Below are positions 11,274 to 21,195 of a DNA stretch of 64,000 nucleotides, piece by piece. The position numbers and the translations under genes were made by a program. The notes beneath the pieces were generated by a model, which was not told the DNA's origin, did no database searches, and saw only the letters and a list, made by a program, of their open reading frames with translations. The stretch covers positions 17,252 through 81,251 of the forward strand of contig VMGJ01000003.1 in NCBI GenBank assembly GCA_007376485.1, read 5' to 3'. Source of the DNA: Parcubacteria group bacterium Licking1014_17. Lineage in GTDB: Bacteria; Patescibacteriota; Minisyncoccia; 2-02-FULL-40-12; IGHO2-01-FULL-4-A. Each line of letters starts with the position of its first letter. The stretch's first letter is position 1.

Positions 11274-13062
11274 GGGGGTCCAAATGTGTGATGTCTTGCC
11301 AATGCGGATCGCTACGTTCCCACCTATGAACATCGTCGCCGTTAATGACGACAGTTTTATTATCGCCGGTAATTTTTTTAAGCGTGTCGACGAGCGTTGA
11401 CTTGCCCACGCCTGAGTCTCCAGCTATTGCGATAAGAAAACGCTCTCTGGTCTTTTGAAAAATCTGGTTGCTTTGCATTCCCATCTTATAGGACCAAGCT
11501 AGTAGGACGGCCACGGAAATTTCTAGAGCTGTGAAAAAAATATTTTCCACGATAAATCCTTTGTTCCCGAGAATTTCAAACAAAGTTAGACCGCGCAGAA
11601 ATGAAGGTACCACTGATCTCAAGCTTTCAAATACATCTGAATTTTTCGTGAATGAGAAGAAAAGAATGAAAAAAACATTTACTACGGCAAAACTTATGAT
11701 CGGCGCTTTTTTAAATTTAATAATAAAGAAAACTAAAAACGGAAGCGCCCAGTAATACCATCCGGGCATGGGAGGAACCAGCACAATAAGCGCAGTATAG
11801 GTCAAACCAATGGCTAATATAAGTGAGTCTGAATTTAATTTCTTATAAGAGCCAAATTTGTATATTATCAGAAGAATTGCAGCTGGAACGACAAATAGCG
11901 TTACGTCTCTAAAATAGAAGGGTATAGCCAGAGAAAATATCCTTTGCTGTTCCGGATTATTGAAAACCATGTTTAAAAATCCACCTGAAAGTAAATATGG
12001 ATTCAAAGCCACAAAAGTTAGAAATGAAGCTACCAAATATGATGCCATTTTGGAAAAGCGAACCCCGTTCCGGTAGAGATAGATCAGGTAAAATGGCAAA
12101 GCAGCAATGACGTGTGTTTTTGCCGCAATGCCCAAGCCAAGAATAATAAAAGATAGCAGCTGTTTTTTTCGCACCAAAAAAATTATGGAGAGCATGAGAA
12201 GCGCCGTCGGTATGACGTCTAGTTGGCCATGGAAGTAGTTTATGAAAAATAAAATCGGCGAAGCATAATAAATCCACAAAATCTTTTTTCCATGGGTCGG
12301 AAGCAACGAGCACAAAGATAAGTAGATCAAAACATCAAAAACTAAAATGGGAACCCTCAAAAGAAAAAGCTCCAAATTCAGATTATTGAGCCAGTCAAAT
12401 GGCAATAATTGTTTAGCTGCAATTAGCGGCAATCCCTCAAAAATAAGCATGCCTGAAGGATATGGAAATGGCGTCACAGACAAGGCGTTGAAATATTCGT
12501 ATGGGTTTTTAAAGGTGGCCGCAAAATAATTAATGAAAGGTATAAACCCATTTATTATATAGTGCGAGCCAAATAAAGTTCCGCTAATCAACTTGATTGC
12601 GGAAATAATCCAAAAAGAAATACCAAGATAAGGAACAAATTTCAAAACCCTATCTCGGGATGCATGATTAAAAATCAGATATTTGAGCCCGAAGAAATTA
12701 CTCAAGGTGGAAAAGCAAATTCCGAAAATATTGGCTATAAGAGGGTGCAGTCCGAATTTGACAAGCACACCCAAAACAACAACACTTAGGACCAGGGATG
12801 AAATATAAACTCCTGTATAAAGAATTAATTCAGTGGCTCTGCGTTTAATTACGGGCTGAAATGTCCATCTTCTATTGAGTAGGTATCCAAAAACTAAGCC
12901 ACTGACATATCCGACAACCGTAGCCAAATAGTAATTGACAGAAAAAATTTGAAGGAGCAAAAAAAATAGCCCGTAATTAATAACAGTGCTTAAAGATCCA
13001 ACAACAATAAACCTAGTAAATTGATTGTTTTTTAAACGCATAAACGTCCCAATCGGGCTCAT
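11266..13062 (-). CDS. GtrA-family domain + GT87-like membrane glycosyltransferase + N-terminal half of a PRK/uridine kinase (frameshifted fusion)
   Basis: RFIVVG...NRRWTF (GtrA); HGQLDVIP...GLGIAAK (GT87-like); IAIAGDSGVGKST P-loop and DDVHRWER (PRK/UK). Confidence 0.75.
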   Translation of the reverse strand: MSPIGTFMRLKNNQFTRFIVVGSLSTVINYGLFFLLLQIFSVNYYLATVVGYVSGLVFGYLLNRRWTFQPVIKRRATELILYTGVYISSLVLSVVVLGVLVKFGLHPLIANIFGICFSTLSNFFGLKYLIFNHASRDRVLKFVPYLGISFWIISAIKLISGTLFGSHYIINGFIPFINYFAATFKNPYEYFNALSVTPFPYPSGMLIFEGLPLIAAKQLLPFDWLNNLNLELFLLRVPILVFDVLIYLSLCSLLPTHGKKILWIYYASPILFFINYFHGQLDVIPTALLMLSIIFLVRKKQLLSFIILGLGIAAKTHVIAALPFYLIYLYRNGVRFSKMASYLVASFLTFVALNPYLLSGGFLNMVFNNPEQQRIFSLAIPFYFRDVTLFVVPAAILLIIYKFGSYKKLNSDSLILAIGLTYTALIVLVPPMPGWYYWALPFLVFFIIKFKKAPIISFAVVNVFFILFFSFTKNSDVFESLRSVVPSFLRGLTLFEILGNKGFIVENIFFTALEISVAVLLAWSYKMGMQSNQIFQKTRERFLIAIAGDSGVGKSTLVDTLKKITGDNKTVVINGDDVHRWERSDPHWQDITHLDPQG

Positions 13063-13069
13063 GTCCGAA

Positions 13070-14113
13070 TCAGTTTATGATCTTATTTTCTCGGATGAAT
13101 TTCTTTATTTCTTCCGGCGAAAGAAGAGATTTGTGCGAATAATGTGCTTTGTGGTTGGTCTTGCCTGGTCTTCCAATTTTATAACGGGGCAATTTTTGAT
13201 ATGGAGCGAGTTGCGGAAGAATCACCAGCATATCTTTAGTCTCTATAATATTGCCAGATTCGTGCTCGGCAAAAAGACTTTCGTGTATTTTTTCACCTGC
13301 TCTCATACCGGTAAGAATAACCTTAGGTCTATTTTTAAGACCACGGATTTTTACATATTCATCAATCAGTGAATTAGCTAAATCTTCTATTTTAACAGCC
13401 TTCATTTTGAAGACAAAAATTTCGCCTCCTTGCATTAAGTGAGTTGCATTGACTATTAGCTCAACGGCTTTATTCATTGGCATGAAAAATCTGGTTATCT
13501 CAGGCGAAGTAACAAAAACAGGTCCGCCTTTTTTAATTTGATCTAAAAACAAAGGGATCACAGAACCATTAGACATTATAACATTGCCAAATCTAACACT
13601 AGAAAAAACTGGAAATTTGCGCCCCTTATGAAAATTAGCGGCCGTAATTATTTTTTCTCCCAGTAGTTTTGAAGCGCCTAGCGTTCCCGTCGGATTCACG
13701 GCTTTGTCGGTACTAATATACACAACTCTCTCTACATTGTTATGGATAGCAGCATCGATAACATTTTGAGTTCCCAATACATTAACCTTAACTGCTTCAA
13801 ACGGATTGTATTCACAAAATGGTACATGCTTGTAGGCTGCTGTGTGATAAATGATATTTACTCCCTCAGCCGATCTTCTAATACGATCGGCATCGCGTAC
13901 ATCACCAAGAATAAATCTAAATTTTTCGTCTCTTGTTTTTTTATCTAGACTCTGCTCGAATTTAAAAAGAGAGAATTCGTGAATATCTAATATTCTTATT
14001 GCCTTTGGTTTATATTTTAAGACTTCTAATGCAAGTGCGCCACCAATAGAACCGGCTCCCCCAGTTATAAGTATATTCTTGCCTTTTATGATTTTTTTAG
14101 CATCCTTAACCAT
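13070..14113 (-). CDS. UDP-GlcNAc 4,6-dehydratase (CapD/PseB-like extended SDR)
   Basis: ITGGAGSIG, HTAAYKHVP, STDKAVNP, VRFGNV and GEKIHE motifs. Confidence 0.9.
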   Translation of the reverse strand: MVKDAKKIIKGKNILITGGAGSIGGALALEVLKYKPKAIRILDIHEFSLFKFEQSLDKKTRDEKFRFILGDVRDADRIRRSAEGVNIIYHTAAYKHVPFCEYNPFEAVKVNVLGTQNVIDAAIHNNVERVVYISTDKAVNPTGTLGASKLLGEKIITAANFHKGRKFPVFSSVRFGNVIMSNGSVIPLFLDQIKKGGPVFVTSPEITRFFMPMNKAVELIVNATHLMQGGEIFVFKMKAVKIEDLANSLIDEYVKIRGLKNRPKVILTGMRAGEKIHESLFAEHESGNIIETKDMLVILPQLAPYQKLPRYKIGRPGKTNHKAHYSHKSLLSPEEIKKFIRENKIIN

Positions 14114-14823
14114 TTGTTGTGGAATTTATTTCTGTTTCTATAGATAATTTCGGCATTTATAAAGTCATTAATATCGTCCAGATCCAACGATTGCCATCTG
14201 TCCATGATATATGGCCTAATCCTCGCTTTTAAAAAAGAACGCGTTTTTATAAAAACCTCGCGCGATATCAGATATATTGCAGAGCCATTGAGTCGGTATG
14301 TAGCCTGCAATGATTGTCTGTTGGTCTTTCTTATCCAATTCTTATTAAACAAAATATCAATAAAACCATCCTTGATCCCATAAAGCAATTGTTCCGTCGA
14401 ACACATAGAGACTACTCCATCACAATCACCACTATTTAAAATATTTATACAATTGTCAATATCTCTGGAGGTTCTAAGCGGCGAGGTTGTCTGAAGCAAT
14501 AAAATGTAATCTGGAATATAATTCTCGTCCCTTTTCAGTTTTTCTATAAGATGAAGGATTGTATCAACAATAGGACTGGAGTCGGTTGCTAACTCCTTTG
14601 GCCTCAAAAATGGCACCTCAGCATTAAAGCGCCTCGCTATCTTGGCATACTCCTCACTATCTGTTGAAACAATCAGCCTATCTATGTGCCTAGATTTTAA
14701 CGCCTCACTAATGGTGTAATAAATAAGTGGCTTACCGCAAAAACTTTTTATATTCTTATCTTTTATCCCCTTACTGCCACTACGGGCGGGAATAATTGCC
14801 AGAACTTTTTTATTCTTTACCAT
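14086..14823 (-). CDS. neuA: CMP-nonulosonic acid synthetase (acylneuraminate cytidylyltransferase)
   Basis: IIPARSGSKGIKDKN, EVPFLRP, LQTTSPLR and DLDDIND motifs. Confidence 0.92.
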   Translation of the reverse strand: MVKNKKVLAIIPARSGSKGIKDKNIKSFCGKPLIYYTISEALKSRHIDRLIVSTDSEEYAKIARRFNAEVPFLRPKELATDSSPIVDTILHLIEKLKRDENYIPDYILLLQTTSPLRTSRDIDNCINILNSGDCDGVVSMCSTEQLLYGIKDGFIDILFNKNWIRKTNRQSLQATYRLNGSAIYLISREVFIKTRSFLKARIRPYIMDRWQSLDLDDINDFINAEIIYRNRNKFHNKWLRMLKKS

Positions 14824-14827
14824 AATT

Positions 14828-16153
14828 CTAGTTATATTTCTGGAAAACGCCTTTCACTGTCGGTCCTATAAGTTCTTTTTCCAATTTGTCATCGGAGATA
14901 GCCACAGCCAGCTTGGATAGCGCCTGATCGAAAACTTTCAATGTATCCGAAATTTCCTTTCTCTTGTGTGAAAAGGAGACGGCGAAATAACCCTGGAACA
15001 AAATATTTCTACTGACAATTTCCTGCAGAAAAACAGTTCTTATCAACGCTGAAGATTCACCCTTCTTGTCAAAAAAACCCATGCTCAGGTTCGGCGGAAA
15101 CCCAAATACCTTGACGTGATTTTCTATGCCGCGTTTAGCAATCAATTTTTGCAGGCCATTCTGAAGGAGTTTGCCCATTTTCCAAAAATGGTCGGTAACA
15201 CGTTTATTCTTCATTTCTTCTATAGTCGCCATACCTGCGGCCAAAGAAATAGTTTCGGCGCCATGGGTGGTTGAGATAAGAAAAACTTTCGGCGATTTTT
15301 TCTGAATTATTCCCCCAAGTTCCATTATATCTCTGCGTCCGGCAAGTACGGCCAAAGAATAGCCATTGGCAATGCCCTTCCCATATGTTGAGAGGTCTGG
15401 TTTTATGCCAAAATATTTTTGAGCACCGCCTAATCCCCATCTGAATCCGGTTATCATTTCATCAAGAATAAAAACAGCTCTGTTGGCATGGCATAAGTTC
15501 TGTACGGATTTGAGAAAATTATCCCGGGGCGGTTCTGAGGTGGCTGCCTCCATGATTACGCAAGCAATTTTGTTTCTATAGTCGTTGAAAAGTTTTTCTA
15601 AAGTACTAATGTCGTTATACCTGAAACATAGGGTGAGTTTTCTAATTTCCTCCGGGACGCCACTGTCACAGGCCGTGGTTCCGATAAACCAATCGTCATA
15701 ACTGAAGAAAGGGTGGTCTTTGCAAAATGCGATATATTTTCTGCCCGTGTGGGCGCGGGCAAGCTTTATTGCGGCCGTGGTTACGGTTGATCCATTTTTG
15801 GCAAATTTTACCATCTGTGTAGCCGGCAACACTTTTATCAGGTAATCGGCAAGTTCAAATTCAATCGCATGGGGACGACCAAAGTTAGTACCTTCTTTCA
15901 TTTGTCTTGAAACGGCATCGTTGACTTTTTTATAACAGTGGCCCAAAGAAACAGAACGCAAACCCATGCACCAGTCCAGATATTTCTTTCCGTTTTCGTC
16001 CCAGACATAAGCACCGGCTCCTTTAATAATTACCTTCGGAGCATTTGCGGGAAACTGATCATCACCCTTGGAATAAGTATGCGCCGCACCGGGAATAAGC
16101 CGATGTCGTTTATCAATAAGTTTTTTTAACTTTGATTTGTTCATAGCGACCAT
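14828..16153 (-). CDS. Class III PLP aminotransferase (glutamate-1-semialdehyde aminomutase-like)
   Basis: AHTYSKGDDQ, FAKNGS, DEMITGFR and PDLSTYGKGIANG motifs. Confidence 0.88.
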   Translation of the reverse strand: MVAMNKSKLKKLIDKRHRLIPGAAHTYSKGDDQFPANAPKVIIKGAGAYVWDENGKKYLDWCMGLRSVSLGHCYKKVNDAVSRQMKEGTNFGRPHAIEFELADYLIKVLPATQMVKFAKNGSTVTTAAIKLARAHTGRKYIAFCKDHPFFSYDDWFIGTTACDSGVPEEIRKLTLCFRYNDISTLEKLFNDYRNKIACVIMEAATSEPPRDNFLKSVQNLCHANRAVFILDEMITGFRWGLGGAQKYFGIKPDLSTYGKGIANGYSLAVLAGRRDIMELGGIIQKKSPKVFLISTTHGAETISLAAGMATIEEMKNKRVTDHFWKMGKLLQNGLQKLIAKRGIENHVKVFGFPPNLSMGFFDKKGESSALIRTVFLQEIVSRNILFQGYFAVSFSHKRKEISDTLKVFDQALSKLAVAISDDKLEKELIGPTVKGVFQKYN

Positions 16154-16935
16154 TATAAAGCGGTCCAGCCGCCATCCACAATAAGATTATGACCAGTAAC
16201 ATAGCTTGAAGCATCAGACATTAGGAATATTAACGCTCCACATATGTCGCCTGTTTTAGCCATACGGCCCAATGGTGTTTTTTTTGAATAATTTTCCACG
16301 AATTTTTTATCTTGTCCGGCGTATATTCCTCCCGGAGTTATGGTATTGGCTCTTACACCATACCTGCCGAAAGTCGTTGCCAGATAACGTGTAAAATTAA
16401 TCAGTCCCCCTTTCTGGAAACAATAATACTCCGGACAATTAATCTTATCATCGGGGTAAATTGACTGATCGGGTCCTACAACACCATAAATTGAAGCGAT
16501 ATTTATCACGCAACCGCTTCTTTGTTTTTTCATAATTTCCAAAGTTTTTTGAGTAATCAGAAAAACACCGTTAATATTTACATCAGTTGTTTTCTTGAAA
16601 TCGTCTAGGTCTCGCTTTAAAAAATCGGAAACAGGAGCTCGGAGAACGGCATTATTAACTAAGCCATCAATGCGGCCGAATTTTTCAAGGAAATTACGTA
16701 AACAACTTTGAACAGATTCCGGTTTGGTTATATCCAATTTGAGCATTGCGACCTGGCGATCGTATTTACTGAATTTACTTCTTGCTTTTGAAAGTAATTT
16801 GGGATCAATATCGGCGATACCCACATTTGCGCCGCTTTCAAGGAGAGCTTCGGCGAAAACAACGCCCAAAAGACCTGCCCCGCCAGTTACAATAATGCTT
16901 TTATCTTTGAGTAAAAACGATTTCTGGTTAAACAT
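16153..16935 (-). CDS. Short-chain dehydrogenase/reductase
   Basis: VTGGAGLLG, NNA, ASIYG, YxxxK (YCFQK) and YVTGHNLIVDGG motifs. Confidence 0.9.
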   Translation of the reverse strand: MFNQKSFLLKDKSIIVTGGAGLLGVVFAEALLESGANVGIADIDPKLLSKARSKFSKYDRQVAMLKLDITKPESVQSCLRNFLEKFGRIDGLVNNAVLRAPVSDFLKRDLDDFKKTTDVNINGVFLITQKTLEIMKKQRSGCVINIASIYGVVGPDQSIYPDDKINCPEYYCFQKGGLINFTRYLATTFGRYGVRANTITPGGIYAGQDKKFVENYSKKTPLGRMAKTGDICGALIFLMSDASSYVTGHNLIVDGGWTAL

Positions 16936-16946
16936 ATAGGCGTTTA

Positions 16947-18056
16947 TTATAGCATTTTAAATAGCTCTCGGCAAATATACTTAACATCATCCTTGGAAAT
17001 ACCAATGTAAAAAGGAAGTGCGATTGAACCGTTGCTTATTTTCTCAGAAACCGGAAAATCGCCGCGCTTGAAATTAAAACTTTTCCTATAAAAACTGAAC
17101 AGATGAATCGACGGAAAGTAAGTTTTGGCATGAACCCCCGCCTTGTCCAGATTTTTTATTATCTCATCCCTTTGCTTGCGATTTTTGTTGACGGTTATCA
17201 CATATACAAACCAAGAATGATCCCTGCCGGGACCGATTACTGGCGGATTAATGACGTCAGAATCTTTTAGAAATTCGTTGTACCAGCCGGCAATTTCTTT
17301 TTTCTTGTTTATCAGAAAATTTATCTTTTTGATTTGTGAAACTCCAAGCGCAGCACTCATTTCATCAAGTCTGTAGTTATATCCGAGATATTTATGATCA
17401 AGCCAACCCATGTTTGCCGCCCGACCCTGGTTTCTCAAACTGCAGCACAATGCATGAATGCGCTTATTGTCGGTGACGATAATTCCGCCTTCTCCGGTGG
17501 TCATTTGTTTATTTGGATAAAAGGCAAAGACAGCAACGTTGCCAAAAGTTCCGGCTTTTTTTCCGTGATATTTCGCTCCAATACTCTCACAGGCGTCCTC
17601 TATTATTTTTAGTTTATATTTCCTCGCAATTTTAATAATGCGGCCCATGTCGGCAGTTTGACCAAAAACATGTACAACTAGAATTGCCTTGGTTTTGGAA
17701 GTTATCTTTGATTCTATTTTTTCCGGGTCAATGTTAAAGGTTACAGGCTCAATGTCCACAAAAACTGGCTTGGCACCAACATATAAAATAGCATTTGACG
17801 AAGCCACAAAAGAAAATGGGGTCGTAATAACTTCGTCGCCAGCACCGATTCCTATAGTGATTAATGCTAAATGTAGACCGGCCGTACCGCTATTTACGGC
17901 ACATGCGTGCTCGGTCCCGATAAAATCGGCAAATTTTTTCTCAAATTCAACAACCTTGGGACCGATACTTAAATAAGGAGTGTCTAAAACGCTCAGAACC
18001 GACCTTTTGTCGTCTTCGTCTATAAAGGGCCGAGCTATTGGATAGGTTTTTTTCAT
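16947..18056 (-). CDS. DegT/DnrJ/EryC1/StrS sugar aminotransferase
   Basis: NSGTAGLH, IEDACES, FYPNKQMTTGEGG and GYNYRL motifs. Confidence 0.92.
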   Translation of the reverse strand: MKKTYPIARPFIDEDDKRSVLSVLDTPYLSIGPKVVEFEKKFADFIGTEHACAVNSGTAGLHLALITIGIGAGDEVITTPFSFVASSNAILYVGAKPVFVDIEPVTFNIDPEKIESKITSKTKAILVVHVFGQTADMGRIIKIARKYKLKIIEDACESIGAKYHGKKAGTFGNVAVFAFYPNKQMTTGEGGIIVTDNKRIHALCCSLRNQGRAANMGWLDHKYLGYNYRLDEMSAALGVSQIKKINFLINKKKEIAGWYNEFLKDSDVINPPVIGPGRDHSWFVYVITVNKNRKQRDEIIKNLDKAGVHAKTYFPSIHLFSFYRKSFNFKRGDFPVSEKISNGSIALPFYIGISKDDVKYICRELFKML

Positions 18057-18100
18057 TTTTTGATTATTGAAAGGCCCGGAATTGACCGAGCCTGAAGGTA

Positions 18101-18520
18101 CTATTTCTTAATTTTCTTTACGACTTTGGCTGGCACGCCGAAAGCTATGACGTTACCAGGAATGTCGTGATTGACAAAGCTAAAGGCGCCAACGACCGAA
18201 TTTTTGCCGACGGTGACGCCAGGCATTATAACGCTATGGGAACCGATTCTGCAACCGGCCCCGAGCGTTACTCTGCCTTGCTTGTGATCAATGGTGGAAA
18301 CCGAATAAACGGAACAGTGCGAACCGATTTCTACCCCTTCACCTATCTCAACGCCATGTAAGGCGTTAATGTAGGTAAATGCGCCGATGTCGGTATTTTT
18401 TCCCAGCTTTAAATTTTCCGGGTGTTGGACCATCCAGTTCCACTTGGTAAGTCTGCCATGCTTAATTTCTGGCATTTTCCAGTTGTGAAATCTGGGTTTT
18501 TGAGTTTTTTTCTCTGTCAT
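18101..18520 (-). CDS. Hexapeptide-repeat (left-handed beta-helix) acyltransferase
   Basis: IG/VG hexapeptide repeats and a GVPAK terminus; AAAGGAG Shine-Dalgarno upstream. Confidence 0.88.
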   Translation of the reverse strand: MTEKKTQKPRFHNWKMPEIKHGRLTKWNWMVQHPENLKLGKNTDIGAFTYINALHGVEIGEGVEIGSHCSVYSVSTIDHKQGRVTLGAGCRIGSHSVIMPGVTVGKNSVVGAFSFVNHDIPGNVIAFGVPAKVVKKIKK

Positions 18521-18534
18521 GATTCTCCTTTCGT

Positions 18535-19188
18535 TTATTTCCTATAACACTTTAACAATTCAAATGATTCAGCAAACTTGAAACCCGATTCTGATGCTCT
18601 TTTTTCCGCCAAGGCTTTAATTGCCCTCAACGACCGCGGGTGAGGATATGTCATTAATTCGCTTTTGTAAGCTTTCATGGCCTTGATTTTATATTTTAAC
18701 GTATCGCTTATGTCTTCAAAAACATTTGCCCTAAAAGAGCCCATTCCCCATTCGGTTTCGGATAGTGTTTCATAGGTATAAATTTCTTCAACCGAACATT
18801 TCCCTATCGGCCGTGTAGCGACAAGACAGGCTTCATAAACAAGCCGATGATCGAAATGCAAATCATCACGATGAGGAATATAAATTGCTTTTGGCACAAA
18901 ATTTTTGATTATTTCCTTTATTTTAAAATTAAGATCTTTTTTGGGAATGGAATCTAATTTGGCCGCCGGAAAACCAAGAAAATATTTTTCCGCAACACCT
19001 AATACAAAACAGGCTCTTGTGATTTCCTTTTCCTTATTTTTTATATACGCAGCCGTCCATTCCGGTTCATATGCCTGGGTGACAAAACAGACGCGTATTT
19101 CGTCGCCCTTACTAGCTCTTTTTTTAATAGTACCGCCGCAACCGAGAACCTCATCGTCGGCATGGGGAGCCACAATTAAGATTTTCAT
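18535..19188 (-). CDS. PIG-L/LmbE family N-deacetylase
   Basis: APHADDEVLGCGG, DLHFDH and HPRS motifs. Confidence 0.9.
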   Translation of the reverse strand: MKILIVAPHADDEVLGCGGTIKKRASKGDEIRVCFVTQAYEPEWTAAYIKNKEKEITRACFVLGVAEKYFLGFPAAKLDSIPKKDLNFKIKEIIKNFVPKAIYIPHRDDLHFDHRLVYEACLVATRPIGKCSVEEIYTYETLSETEWGMGSFRANVFEDISDTLKYKIKAMKAYKSELMTYPHPRSLRAIKALAEKRASESGFKFAESFELLKCYRK

Positions 19189-19259
19189 TTATCGTTGGGT
19201 TGGATGCTAAATGCCTCAGCAAGATAACATGCCTATAAAAATAGTCAATCGTATTGGAA

Positions 19260-20429
19260 CTAGTAGGTTATGGCCTTTTTGAGCAAATTCGGTGTCAAAG
19301 AAAAATTACTAAGTATGCGTGCAATTTTTTCGCCGGTGCCACCTTTGCCATAGGGATTTCTGCAATTTTTGACTTTCCGCAGATATGTTTTGTCAAAAAT
19401 ACATTTTCTGATCGCTGTGACTATTTTTCTTCTATCATGTGGAACGTCAATCACATTAGAGGATCTTTCGCGGCCTTTTTGGCGTATTCCAATATTGACC
19501 ACCGGAAGGTGAAACACAGAGGTCTCAATGATGCCGCTGGAAGAATTACCAGCCATAACATTGACTAAATTCATCAAACTTAAATAGTCAGTTCTTGGAA
19601 TACTTTTGTATGTCTTAAGAAAGGGGTATTTGGCGGTATATTTTTCCAATACTTTGATCATGGCTCGCCCGCCGGCATCGGCATTCGGATATATAATTAC
19701 CGACTGGTAACCCAAAAACACCAATGCTTTCAGGGTTTCTTCCATCTGTTTGCCTGCCATTTTCAGTTCGGTGGTCACTGGATGTTGGATCACAAGAATC
19801 GCCGGCTCCGCCGGATTCAAATTATATTTTTTGAAAATTTCATCCGGTGATATCAATTTCTCATCTTGAATAAAATCAAGACCCGGAGCACCAACCATAA
19901 AGACCCTGTCTTTTTCTTCGCCCATTTTAATTATCCTTTTCCTGCTGTTCTCTGTAGCAGGAAAATGTATATGAGCAAGCTTTGTTATCGTGTGTCTGAT
20001 AACTTCATCTACATTTCTGTTCTTATCCCCTCCGTGTATATGGGCAACGGGTATGTTCGAATATACACTAGCAATTGATGAAGCAAACGCTTCAACTCTA
20101 TCGCCAAGCACTAAAACAACATCGGGTTTAATCTTTTTAAAAGCATCTACCAGGCCCAAAATACCAACACCAACCGATTTGGCCATGCTTTCTGCAGAAT
20201 CATCCACTGGCGTCATCTTAACCGTCGCATTTATATTAAAGCCATCCTTATTTATTTCTTGAAAAGTTGACCCAAATTCAGACTCCAGGTGCATACCACA
20301 GGCCACAATTGCCAAGTCGAGCTTGCTATTTTTAGCGATTGCTTTCATTGTCGAACTCAAAAGACCGTATTCTGCTCGACTACCGGTTACAATGCATATT
20401 CTTCTTTTCTTGTTTTTATTTTTCATCAT
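19260..20429 (-). CDS. neuC: Hydrolysing UDP-N-acetylglucosamine 2-epimerase
   Basis: TGSRAEYG, LGDRVE, HIHGGD and GNSSSGIIE motifs. Confidence 0.92.
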   Translation of the reverse strand: MMKNKNKKRRICIVTGSRAEYGLLSSTMKAIAKNSKLDLAIVACGMHLESEFGSTFQEINKDGFNINATVKMTPVDDSAESMAKSVGVGILGLVDAFKKIKPDVVLVLGDRVEAFASSIASVYSNIPVAHIHGGDKNRNVDEVIRHTITKLAHIHFPATENSRKRIIKMGEEKDRVFMVGAPGLDFIQDEKLISPDEIFKKYNLNPAEPAILVIQHPVTTELKMAGKQMEETLKALVFLGYQSVIIYPNADAGGRAMIKVLEKYTAKYPFLKTYKSIPRTDYLSLMNLVNVMAGNSSSGIIETSVFHLPVVNIGIRQKGRERSSNVIDVPHDRRKIVTAIRKCIFDKTYLRKVKNCRNPYGKGGTGEKIARILSNFSLTPNLLKKAITY

Positions 20430-21192
20430 TTTTTACAATATCGGCATCCCAAATAATTATTTTTTTGTCATCTCTTACAATATAGGCGCCCTTATAGGGC
20501 CTGGCAAGAGCCCTAATTTTCGCATAGATCAACTCGGGCGCATCTTCGCTTTTTATTTCATTGTCGGAAAATTTTCTCTTTGGAAAAAGAGTTGCCCTTT
20601 TTTCATTCTGGGCAATTCTGGGAGCTTTGCCTTCGGTTAGAAGCGGCAAGTATTTTCTTACAAGTTTATGGCCACTGGCAATTACTTTATCATATACATC
20701 GCCGGCAAAATCGTTTGCTTCAATAATAAACTTCTCCTGACCTATTATGTCACCGGCATCAACTTTGGTTGACAAGTAAAACATTGATAAACCCGATTTT
20801 TTAACACCGCATAGAATGCTGTTTATTATAGGAGCTGGTCCCCGGCCATAGGGCAGAAGGGTGGGATGAAAACCGACAACTCCCTTTGGCGGCAAGTTTA
20901 ACAATGAGTCCGAGATGATTTGTCGCCAACCACAAGCCACAATTAAATCTGGAGCAAGTTTTTTTATCTTGTCTATATTTTCATTGATATTATCCACTCT
21001 TATTATTGGAATTTTGAAACGATTCCATTCTTTAAATGGGACACTATCGTACATAACCGTTTTACTGTCTTCTTTTAAAGTAACTATAGCAACAATTCGA
21101 ATATCCCTTATTAAAATCGCCGACTCAAGCAACTCAATGCCAAGTTTATTTGCCGACATCCAAATAATTTTCATTTTTTTACCTTTTTGCAT
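20416..21192 (-). CDS. Sugar N-formyltransferase (Fmt-like)
   Basis: GFHPTLLPYGRGPAP, VDAGDII and IRALARPYKGA motifs; lies between neuB and neuC. Confidence 0.85.
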   Translation of the reverse strand: MQKGKKMKIIWMSANKLGIELLESAILIRDIRIVAIVTLKEDSKTVMYDSVPFKEWNRFKIPIIRVDNINENIDKIKKLAPDLIVACGWRQIISDSLLNLPPKGVVGFHPTLLPYGRGPAPIINSILCGVKKSGLSMFYLSTKVDAGDIIGQEKFIIEANDFAGDVYDKVIASGHKLVRKYLPLLTEGKAPRIAQNEKRATLFPKRKFSDNEIKSEDAPELIYAKIRALARPYKGAYIVRDDKKIIIWDADIVKNDEK

Positions 21193-21195
21193 ATT

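Noticed and set aside
14828-16153. hemL (tetrapyrrole synthesis)
   Set aside because: Embedded in a sugar-nucleotide operon with no hem genes; more likely a sugar aminotransferase
20416-21192. fmt (Met-tRNA formyltransferase)
   Set aside because: Short, and located between neuB and neuC; a sugar formyltransferase fits better
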